IMG/VR virus record: IMGVR_UViG_3300037743_000354 | Coordinates: 1-38,746 of that record | Strand: one strand, 5' to 3' | DNA from: a virus | Lineage: Duplodnaviria; Caudoviricetes | Length of the DNA: 38,746 nt | Shown: positions 9,840 through 16,969 of the stretch, one piece after another | How positions within the stretch are numbered: the stretch's first letter is position 1 | Layout: every line of letters starts with the position of its first letter | Program-made: the position numbers and the translations under genes | The notes under the pieces: generated by a model | The model's input: only the letters and a program-made list of their open reading frames with translations | The model's database searches: none | What the model was told of the DNA's origin: nothing

Positions 9840-11672
9840 TCACCCCTTTGCGTTTGTCCATGTGCCCCCTACTCCCACTTCTACTAAGTTTTTAATACTT
9901 GCATTCGGAAAAATTCGTCTAAACCCTTCAACCATCCCCAATTCAACTAATTGAGCGGCTCCTTCCGCATGTTCTTTTACGCATTCAACCAGAATTTCAT
10001 CGTGAACGCAGTTCACAAGATTCGCATCTACTTTTTGACGGAAAAAGAATCCTTCAATCAGTGCAACAGCTTCTAATATGCATTCCGAAGCCCCTCCTTG
10101 GATAGGGGTGTTTAGAGAAGCTCCAAATGCATTTTCAGGGGATAGTTTTCTTACCTTACCCCCCGGAGTGGAAGCTGTGAGAGTTTTTACACTGTCTTGG
10201 ACCTGTTTCTCTTTCCATTTTTTAAGCCCTGAATACAGGTTCCACCAAGTTTTAATGTCTTCTTTTGCCTCTTCAAGAGTTGTTGTTTTTCCGTACTCTT
10301 TTTTAGAGTAGTGAACGTGCGCTTTTGCTCCTAATCCGAACATGAGTCCAAAATTAAACGGTTTCGCATTCTGTCTATCTTCTTTTGTAACGTCTTTAAG
10401 CTCTTTCCCAAGCATATTTGCCGCCGTTACCGTGTGCAAATCTAAGCCGTCTTTGTACGCTTTCAGCATGACAGTGTCTTTAGAAATTTCAGCAGCTACC
10501 CGTAACTCAATCTGTGAGTAATCAGCACAAATGAATACATACCCGGGCCGGGCTACAAATTGATCCCGTACATCCGCCCCTCTCGGAAGTTGCTGAAGAT
10601 TAGGTTTGCTGGAACTCATTCGACCCGTTCTAGCGCCCATAAGGTTGTAACTCGCATGAATACGTTTTGTTTCGGGGTTTACTAAGTTTATTAAATTCAT
10701 TCCAAACGATGAGGTTAACTTTTCTTTTTTCTGAAACTCGGAAAAAGGTTTGACAATCGCAAGATGTGAGTAATCTGCGAATGTATGAGCGTCAGTAGAA
10801 AGTTTTCCCCCTTCGGTGCGAGTCCAAACGCTAAGTGTATCTTCGTCTAAATTCTTTTCTAACCACTTTGCTACTTTTGCAGGAGTGGGGTGGTCAAGCC
10901 CTGTCAATTTCGTCAGTTTCTTTTTGGACTTAAACAGCTCCTCTCTCCAAATTGAAACTTTTTCCCTGTGCTTATGTACATCTACTCCAATTCCTGTAAG
11001 CTCCATTGACGCGATTGCAATTTGAGCATTCTTTGCACGTTGGTAGCATTCTTTAAGGTTCAGTTTAGAAATTCCTTGTGCTAGTTTTTGAGCCAACGCT
11101 CTTACTACAATAGCGTCCCTAGCCGCGTATTCTATTTGTTCGTATGTTAGATCTTGAACCGACCAATCCGAGTTTTGTACCTTCTTCAGCACGTCGGTTT
11201 CAAAAACTTGTTGAGAAAGCGCATCAAGACTGGCTTTTAGTCCTGTGTCAGTTGGATATACCGCGTGTTGAATTAATTTTGCGGCAATCCAAGTGCATCC
11301 CATATTTACACGGATGCCCTGCTTTAGAAAAAACTTAATATCGAAAGTGGAATAGTGACCGATAAACTTCCGGGATTCAAGAAAACTTTTCAGGATTGAA
11401 AGATTCTTTAGCCCGTAGATATCGAAAACAGCACACTCTTTTCCGTCGAAAAGCTGTACCAAGCGAATAGTGCTTAAATGAGGAGATAGCGCGGCAAAGG
11501 GATAAGGACGATACACAGGAAAAGCAGCAGTTTCAGTGTCGATCCCGAAAATACAATTGGAAGGGTTTTTATCGAACTTTTTAATAACGGTTTCTGCTCT
11601 AGCTGGGTCGGTAATGTACTCACAGTCATACTTTGTTCCTTGAAATTCAACTTTGAACTTTCCTTGTTTCAT
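9840..11672 (-). CDS. polA: Family A DNA polymerase with 3'-5' exonuclease domain
   Basis: ExoI DTET, ExoII H..FD, ExoIII YAARD; TGRMSSSKPNLQQLP; motif A DYSQIELR, motif B RQNAKPFNFGLMFG, motif C VHDE. No 5' nuclease domain. Confidence 0.97.
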   Translation of the reverse strand: MKQGKFKVEFQGTKYDCEYITDPARAETVIKKFDKNPSNCIFGIDTETAAFPVYRPYPFAALSPHLSTIRLVQLFDGKECAVFDIYGLKNLSILKSFLESRKFIGHYSTFDIKFFLKQGIRVNMGCTWIAAKLIQHAVYPTDTGLKASLDALSQQVFETDVLKKVQNSDWSVQDLTYEQIEYAARDAIVVRALAQKLAQGISKLNLKECYQRAKNAQIAIASMELTGIGVDVHKHREKVSIWREELFKSKKKLTKLTGLDHPTPAKVAKWLEKNLDEDTLSVWTRTEGGKLSTDAHTFADYSHLAIVKPFSEFQKKEKLTSSFGMNLINLVNPETKRIHASYNLMGARTGRMSSSKPNLQQLPRGADVRDQFVARPGYVFICADYSQIELRVAAEISKDTVMLKAYKDGLDLHTVTAANMLGKELKDVTKEDRQNAKPFNFGLMFGLGAKAHVHYSKKEYGKTTTLEEAKEDIKTWWNLYSGLKKWKEKQVQDSVKTLTASTPGGKVRKLSPENAFGASLNTPIQGGASECILEAVALIEGFFFRQKVDANLVNCVHDEILVECVKEHAEGAAQLVELGMVEGFRRIFPNASIKNLVEVGVGGTWTNAKG

Positions 11673-11675
11673 GTG

Positions 11676-11709
11676 AAAAAAAGCGGCAATGCTGCAAGAA
11701 CATTGCCGC
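11676..11709 (-). terminator. Intrinsic terminator between the SSB and polA genes
   Basis: 9-bp stem GCGGCAATG/CATTGCCGC (11683-11691 with 11701-11709), followed on the minus strand by T7. Confidence 0.75.
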
Positions 11710-11727
11710 GAGCTAGATTAGGGGGAA

Positions 11728-12471
11728 TTAACTCAAAACATCTAAAGCGGCTTTTTTTCCTCTACCGCCTTTCTTTTTAGGGGGATCAGGTTCTTCCTCT
11801 TCCTCTTCCTCTTCCTCTTCCTCTTCTTCTTCTTCTTCTTCTTCTTCTTCTTCTTCTTCTTCTTCTTCAGAATCATTAGAGTCAGCGGATTCGTCTAACA
11901 CAGAAAGCATATCTGATAGAGTTTTAGATCCCCCTCCGAACCTAACACCGTCATCTTCTATAAGCTGTACTATATTTAATTTATAGCTCAGCCCGTGGGA
12001 TGTGATCATAGGAGTCACTGCAAATTTCACTTTCATACCCCCTGTTATTTCCGAAGGTTCAATAGGATTTTGTTCTGCATCCACTATTGCAGGGCGTTCA
12101 ACATTTCTAGCTTCAAGAATTACATTCCCCTTTAAGAAAGGGTATCTTTCTGTATCGAATTTTCCGGAAGAAGAATCTTTTAATATTTCATCTATTGTCA
12201 GCTTAGCCGGTCGCCCTAAATTGAAAACAGGAAGCATCCCTTTAACAATAAGTTTAATACTTCTTTCAAAGTTCTTAAGACCGGGATCTTTCTTTTTGAG
12301 CAAAAGACTCGCTGAGTAACGCGGGGATGAAGGAGGTTGTCCGGGTTTAGGAGGAGGTCCGTCTTGCGGAGTTACCAAGTGTGTCCAGATAACACGTCCC
12401 GTTATAGTCCCAATAAGATCGCCGTACACATGGCCGTACTGAGGATGTTTCCAGTAGTTTTTGTTTGACAT
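11728..12471 (-). CDS. Single-stranded DNA-binding protein (T7 gp2.5/DUF2815-like)
   Basis: Y.ASLLL.K, P.IVD....I...EI.GG and L..VQ..EDDG..FGGG motifs plus an acidic tail. It lies between the DUF2800 and polA genes, the usual order of this cassette. Confidence 0.85.
   Translation of the reverse strand: MSNKNYWKHPQYGHVYGDLIGTITGRVIWTHLVTPQDGPPPKPGQPPSSPRYSASLLLKKKDPGLKNFERSIKLIVKGMLPVFNLGRPAKLTIDEILKDSSSGKFDTERYPFLKGNVILEARNVERPAIVDAEQNPIEPSEITGGMKVKFAVTPMITSHGLSYKLNIVQLIEDDGVRFGGGSKTLSDMLSVLDESADSNDSEEEEEEEEEEEEEEEEEEEEEEEEEEPDPPKKKGGRGKKAALDVLS
11791..11868 (-). repeat. (GAA/GAG)26 tract encoding 26 consecutive Glu
   Basis: TTC/CTC trinucleotide run on the + strand. Confidence 0.95.
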
Positions 12472-12495
12472 GGCGTTTTCCTTATTTAGTTTATT

Positions 12496-13779
12496 TTATA
12501 GTTCTATGTCACTATCAGGGTACGAATCATCTGAACTTTCTTGTAGAATGTCAAGAGCGTTTTTAACCTTTGGACGGGAGTCTTCTTCCGAAACTAGTGT
12601 AAGAGTAGGGTTAGTACGGGTAACATATGGGTCTAAAAACTTTTTACCGTCCTTTACTCCCAGTTTCTTTAGTTCTGTTTCGATCTGTGAAATAGGTTTT
12701 AGAATTTTTTGAGGTGGTTTGTAGGGATCCTCTAACCCGGTTTCTTTAAGCTTTTCCCCTATACGCTCATGGGAATCCTCTGACGGCCACTTCCGTCTGG
12801 TAGCTCCTTCCACCAGTTTTAGTCCTGGGATCGGTGAACCTGCTTTATTCCGGGAAACTCCATAAGAGGAAATCCCTTTGACCCATGAAATAAGTTCATT
12901 TTTTATGAGTATAATATTTCTTATAGTCTCGTCGGGCAGTGTTTCAGGACTTGGAAGAGTTTTTAAAGCTTTCTTCGGGTCTATTAACGCTAGAGATGAC
13001 TTATTTGCAATATGTTTTGCATATGCGGGGCAAACACCATTTTTAGCGGGGCAGAACTTGCAGTGTTCCCCTACTTTGAGAGAGGTTTTTTTCGTAATAA
13101 ATATTTTTTCAGCGGCAGTGAAAAATTTCTTCTCCCAGGCGTCTAACTGCTTTGCCGTATACCGGACTTCTGTATACACATCCCCACGAGGCTTTCTCGG
13201 CTGAAAAATTGCCCCTCTTGCGTAGTCAATATCTATACCTGAACGTTGCAGCTCTTTACGCATAGAAACGAGGTAAAAAGCTACTTGAGGGTTCTTTTTT
13301 ATTTCTACGGGGTAGTACCCGTATTTGTAATCTACTTGGGCAAGTACTTTTTTTGCGTGATCGTCTTTAAAAACAGTCCAGAAGTCTACATAGCCGTACA
13401 TTTCTAAATTCTTATCGAGCGTTACCAGTTCTTCTAGCCCGTATGCTTTTCCTGTAATAGATTGTTCTAATATATTGATCCAGATAGCATCTCTGTAAGA
13501 GTGAGCGGCTTCGAGCATTTCAGGAGATTTAGCAGTTAAATGCGATCTAATACCGGGATCACTTCCTGAGATTTTATGCTCTAAGAAGTCTTCTACTACT
13601 ATTTCAGCTATTGAATGCCCTTCTGTGCCTTGCAATGCGGATTCAGAAGGGGCTTCTTTCGGGATATCCCGGCAAAGAGCTACACTTCCAGTGCAAGCAG
13701 TCCATATATGCGCTGTAGATCCGCCGAGGATGGCGTGTCTCCTGCCTTCCTCATCTTCCATGCCGAGCAATTCCTGCAT
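12496..13779 (-). CDS. DUF2800-family PD-(D/E)XK (Cas4-like) exonuclease
   Basis: HAILGGS...W..C..S, A.QGT..H, GYVDF, VDYKYG, NPQ..FY, QPR and HCKFCPAK...CP. The start may be the second Met. Confidence 0.88.
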   Translation of the reverse strand: MQELLGMEDEEGRRHAILGGSTAHIWTACTGSVALCRDIPKEAPSESALQGTEGHSIAEIVVEDFLEHKISGSDPGIRSHLTAKSPEMLEAAHSYRDAIWINILEQSITGKAYGLEELVTLDKNLEMYGYVDFWTVFKDDHAKKVLAQVDYKYGYYPVEIKKNPQVAFYLVSMRKELQRSGIDIDYARGAIFQPRKPRGDVYTEVRYTAKQLDAWEKKFFTAAEKIFITKKTSLKVGEHCKFCPAKNGVCPAYAKHIANKSSLALIDPKKALKTLPSPETLPDETIRNIILIKNELISWVKGISSYGVSRNKAGSPIPGLKLVEGATRRKWPSEDSHERIGEKLKETGLEDPYKPPQKILKPISQIETELKKLGVKDGKKFLDPYVTRTNPTLTLVSEEDSRPKVKNALDILQESSDDSYPDSDIEL

Positions 13780-13978
13780 TGGCCCAAAATACGGTTTCTT
13801 CCAGCTTGGTCAATGCAAGAGATTGCTCCCTGCCCGGAGGGGTCATATTCAGAATGTCGTAAGCAAGCTCTTTTGCTTTGTTTCTTAGGGCTTTATAAGT
13901 TTCAGGCTGCCCTTCTTTTGGCGCGTGGTACGTAAAGCGGGTTTCCAAGTCTTCGTTTTTATCCAGTTTCATATTCAA
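13751..13978 (-). CDS. Acb2/Tad1-like helical-hairpin protein (putative signalling-nucleotide sponge, anti-defence)
   Basis: RFTYHAP...Y..LR...KELA..I....PPGREQSLALTKLEE.VFWANAGIAR. The C-terminal RE.SLALTKLEE..W.N segment resembles the Tad1 C-terminal helix. AAGGA RBS upstream. Confidence 0.7.
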   Translation of the reverse strand: MNMKLDKNEDLETRFTYHAPKEGQPETYKALRNKAKELAYDILNMTPPGREQSLALTKLEETVFWANAGIARHGR

Positions 13979-13993
13979 TTCCTTTCTAAAATG

Positions 13994-14302
13994 TTAAATC
14001 TTTTTTTGAGATTCAGAAAGAGGTTTCCATTTCGGTAGATTCAAACGTTCAGGGTAACGGATATACCCTACAACATAATAATCGATTCCTTTTTTGCGTT
14101 CGTACATAAGTTTATCCCCACAAAGGCTCCAACAATCAAAAGTGTTGAATACCCACCACTTAAAATAATCATGCTGTAATAACTCTTCTAAAGTATCGAA
14201 TTCTGTTTCGAATAAGTCACCATCCTCGATGGTGAAAAAGTTGGGAAGGTGTTGTTTAAAGAAATTTCTTTCCACAGGGGGAGTAGAACGAATTGGAATC
14301 AA
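13994..14302 (-). CDS. Hypothetical protein (aromatic-rich)
   Basis: Fills the leftward operon between neighbours; start codon uncertain. Confidence 0.55.
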   Translation of the reverse strand: MIPIRSTPPVERNFFKQHLPNFFTIEDGDLFETEFDTLEELLQHDYFKWWVFNTFDCWSLCGDKLMYERKKGIDYYVVGYIRYPERLNLPKWKPLSESQKKI

Positions 14303-14306
14303 AATG

Positions 14307-14849
14307 TCAATAAATTTTTACACGACGGAGTGTCGTCATATACTCTTCATAATCCTTTAGCTGTCTTGCGAGTTTATGGCACTCCTGGGTCACGTAATTT
14401 ATATCTTTGTAAGCTGTTTCAGAAAGATCTTCTGTATAAGGAACTCCGGGAATATCTTTTTTGCAAGATACTTTAGGGAAAAGTTTTACTCCAGGGTAAA
14501 AATCGCCGTGGTGTGCACAGTCGAATCCAAACCACCAAAACTCTTTTAAATCTTTGAAATAGGTGAATTCAAAACACAACCCCTTAAATTTATTCGCACG
14601 TGCGGTGAAATGGTCAGAAAATGTTAACCCGCCGTGCACATAAAACAACATCCTGGGACCGTTATCGTCATAACTATACCTTACTTTGTGCAGCGGGTGT
14701 TTAGAGTCAACTCCAACATAACCGCATAATGCACCCATAGGGTTTCTGAGAATTCTGCACGGGTACCCGGTTGCTGGATCAACCCACTGAAGTTCATCCG
14801 GTTCGTTTTCCCAAGGTCCCGGACCCCCCTCTTTTTTTGAATTCACCAC
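14307..14849 (-). CDS. Conserved phage hypothetical protein (CGYV / VHGGLTF / GFDCAH motifs, probably metal-binding)
   Basis: GALCGYVGV...HP, YVHGGLTFS and WWFGFDCAHHGD are motifs I recall from a widespread uncharacterised phage family. Confidence 0.75.
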   Translation of the reverse strand: MVNSKKEGGPGPWENEPDELQWVDPATGYPCRILRNPMGALCGYVGVDSKHPLHKVRYSYDDNGPRMLFYVHGGLTFSDHFTARANKFKGLCFEFTYFKDLKEFWWFGFDCAHHGDFYPGVKLFPKVSCKKDIPGVPYTEDLSETAYKDINYVTQECHKLARQLKDYEEYMTTLRRVKIY

Positions 14850-15088
14850 TCTTGCCCTTCTATTTTTTTTATCACATTAAAGAAGGGCATACCGTCTTCG
14901 GTATACCGGAAATTTTCAATTTCAAAAAATTCTTTAAAAGAATCCTCTAAAAGTTTCGACAAAATTAAGTGCATAGGGCCCTTTACTTCAATATCCGCAA
15001 TAAAACTTTTGTCTTCGTTATAGACTAGAATCGGAGCTTCTGTTACGGGAGTACCGCTTATAAGAGCCCTTTGCACTTTTACAATCAT
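14843..15088 (-). CDS. Hypothetical protein (MIVKVQ...LVYNEDKS family)
   Basis: 81-aa ORF tightly packed in the operon. Confidence 0.65.
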   Translation of the reverse strand: MIVKVQRALISGTPVTEAPILVYNEDKSFIADIEVKGPMHLILSKLLEDSFKEFFEIENFRYTEDGMPFFNVIKKIEGQEW

Positions 15089-15089
15089 T

Positions 15090-15269
15090 TTAGTTTATCC
15101 AGTACTTAAAAAGAACTTTTGGAACATTTGACATTGCGACAGAAAAGGTTGCTAAAGAGGTGGGTTTTTGGTAACACCAGACCTGCTTCAAGTATTCCCC
15201 GTGCGCTATCACGCCAAGATTAAACCCTAAAATCAGAACTAACGTTGTCATAACCATTTTATTAACCAT
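15090..15269 (-). CDS. Small single-pass membrane protein
   Basis: AGGAG RBS at 15276-15280 places the start at ATG 15269 (ORF track 15308). Hydrophobic segment LVLILGFNLGVIA. Confidence 0.6.
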   Translation of the reverse strand: MVNKMVMTTLVLILGFNLGVIAHGEYLKQVWCYQKPTSLATFSVAMSNVPKVLFKYWIN

Positions 15270-15279
15270 AAAATTCTCC

Positions 15280-15309
15280 TTGACAGAGTTTATACCTCTA
15301 CTATACAAT
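15280..15309 (+). promoter_or_regulatory. Overlapping rightward sigma70-type promoter for the HTH gene
   Basis: TTGACA (15280-15285), 18 nt, TACAAT (15304-15309). Confidence 0.5.
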
Positions 15310-15328
15310 TATTAATATCGGCTGTCAA
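15300..15328 (-). promoter_or_regulatory. Sigma70-type promoter for the leftward replication/accessory operon
   Basis: Minus strand reads TTGACA (15328-15323), 17 nt, TATAGT (15305-15300). Confidence 0.75.
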
Positions 15329-15347
15329 AAAATATTTTACAGGTTGC

Positions 15348-15629
15348 ATGGTTAAAAATAAGAAAAAGAAGTTCAAAACCCCGAAATCTCTTAGAGAACA
15401 GAAAAAAAATCCGTCATTTTTGGCGATACTCTTGAAAAATTCACGAATAAGGCTCGTTGACTTTTACACAGAAATGGGATGGACACGAAGCCGGGCACAC
15501 TATTACATGAGACCAGAGTCTTTCCTTCCACCGAAACATCAAAAAGCTTTTCAAAAACATTTTCAACTTCACCCGAGTATTTGGGAAGGGGTGTATCGCT
15601 CGTACTCACAGTATCTATTCGATGACTAA
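15348..15629 (+). CDS. Putative XRE/Cro-type HTH regulator
   Basis: The only credible rightward gene in a leftward block. LAILLKNSRIRLVDFYTEMGWTRSRAHYYM...P....AF..HFQL fits an XRE helix pattern. Confidence 0.55.
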   Translation: MVKNKKKKFKTPKSLREQKKNPSFLAILLKNSRIRLVDFYTEMGWTRSRAHYYMRPESFLPPKHQKAFQKHFQLHPSIWEGVYRSYSQYLFDD

Positions 15630-16507
15630 AATTCTTGAGTAACTTCCAACGATCCGTAAGTGTGACGGCCTTCTTGCCCCTTGAATTCCTCTGTTATATA
15701 TTTATAGACATATGATATCTTTGTTTTCTTATATCTCGCAGAAATTCCGGCTAGTCCCGTTGCAACAAACCAATTTGAGTCAACGGAATAAACCTCATCG
15801 TGAAATACTCTCCCGTCAAGAAAAGTATTCCATAGCACGGCGCTGCCTCGAATCCCTGCACGAAGAGTCAGCTCCCAATCCGGAAGAAAAAACCCTCTCC
15901 GAACATCAAGCCCAAGAGATGCTGAATCAATTACATTACCAACTCGGAGAGCGTATGTTGGATTTAATGATACACCACCTACGAGGGACTCATGGAAAGA
16001 AAGAAAGGACTTTCTATATTCGAGTTCGAGCGCAACCTCTGACGGATTTTGAGTATGCCATCCAGATGGAGGTGCCCCAAGATTTAAGTCGTTGTGAACG
16101 AACTTCTGAAGACGCCCTGTTTTCGATGCCTCCCCCAAAGCCCCGAGACGTGCAATAAAATCTTGGGCTTTTTCTGCGTTGCCTCTTCTATAACTTGTCT
16201 CTGCATACGTGTAGCCGTCCCACGGACGATCCCCTTCGGGTATTTCGGATGAACGTATATTTTTAGGAGTGTACATCTCGTTCCCAAGAGCAAACCCCCA
16301 AGCATTGTTATGCTGATACTGAAGTCTGAAGTTGTTTGTAAGCCACTGGTCGGTAGAAATAGGAGAAGCTACATCGTTTTCCCAAAGTAAAGATGCCTGT
16401 CGTGGTTTGAAGAATTCTTGCGCATAAAGAGTTGAGGCGCTACTTAAAGCAACAGCTACGGCGATAAGAATTCTGTTGAAATGAATTCTAACGTAAGACC
16501 TACCCAA
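15626..16507 (-). CDS. lpxR: LpxR-family (DUF2219) outer-membrane beta-barrel, lipid A 3'-O-deacylase-like
   Basis: Motifs WEND...TDQWLT, GNEMYTP, GDRPWDGY, G.LG..S...LQKFVH and GW.TQ, with alternating beta-strand pattern and C-terminal Phe (YGSLEVTQEF). Signal peptide ends in LYA|QE. Preferred start is TTG at 16507, 7 nt after AGGAG (ORF track 16561). Confidence 0.85.
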   Translation of the reverse strand: MGRSYVRIHFNRILIAVAVALSSASTLYAQEFFKPRQASLLWENDVASPISTDQWLTNNFRLQYQHNNAWGFALGNEMYTPKNIRSSEIPEGDRPWDGYTYAETSYRRGNAEKAQDFIARLGALGEASKTGRLQKFVHNDLNLGAPPSGWHTQNPSEVALELEYRKSFLSFHESLVGGVSLNPTYALRVGNVIDSASLGLDVRRGFFLPDWELTLRAGIRGSAVLWNTFLDGRVFHDEVYSVDSNWFVATGLAGISARYKKTKISYVYKYITEEFKGQEGRHTYGSLEVTQEF

Positions 16508-16605
16508 TACAAGGCTCCTACAATTACCCAAAATCCGAAAATTACTCCTAAAATATCCCATATAAACTGAGAAACCCTTAGTATATAACCTTTAATTATT
16601 TCCAT
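16456..16605 (-). CDS. Small membrane protein, 49 aa (not in the ORF track)
   Basis: MEIIKGYILRVSQFIWDILGVIFGFWVIVGALYWVGLTLEFISTEFLSP*. The ATG overlaps the upstream TAA (TAATG); one long hydrophobic helix. Confidence 0.6.
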   Translation of the reverse strand: MEIIKGYILRVSQFIWDILGVIFGFWVIVGALYWVGLTLEFISTEFLSP

Positions 16606-16937
16606 TAACTCTCCGTCTCCTCTTCACTCTTCTTAATAGCTTTATCGAATCTTTTTCTCAGGGAGTCAGGAAGCGACTCTGAAACAAAATCCACTACACG
16701 AGTTCCCTCAGGAACAAAACGCTCAAAAAACTCTTCTTGTTCCTGCTTAAAATCCCGATCGTCATCCTCAAGATATTCCAAAATATCTTCTACTCCGTCC
16801 TCTTTCTGCTCTTCATAATCTTTTAACTGCTCAAAGCCTCTTTCATCACGAATAGCTTTTTCAATATCCTCTCGTCTAATTTCTAAACGTTCTAGAGGTC
16901 TTTTGTCATCTCTTTTCCTGTCTTTTTCTATGTCCAC
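16605..16937 (-). CDS. Acidic hypothetical protein
   Basis: GTG start after AGGAGGAG; very Glu/Asp/Arg-rich. Confidence 0.7.
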   Translation of the reverse strand: MDIEKDRKRDDKRPLERLEIRREDIEKAIRDERGFEQLKDYEEQKEDGVEDILEYLEDDDRDFKQEQEEFFERFVPEGTRVVDFVSESLPDSLRKRFDKAIKKSEEETES

Positions 16938-16969
16938 GTCAACTCCTCCTGTCTACAGTATAATTTTTT

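Noticed and set aside
15712-16158. 148-aa plus-strand ORF
   Set aside because: Fully antisense to the well-supported LpxR-like gene and has no motifs.
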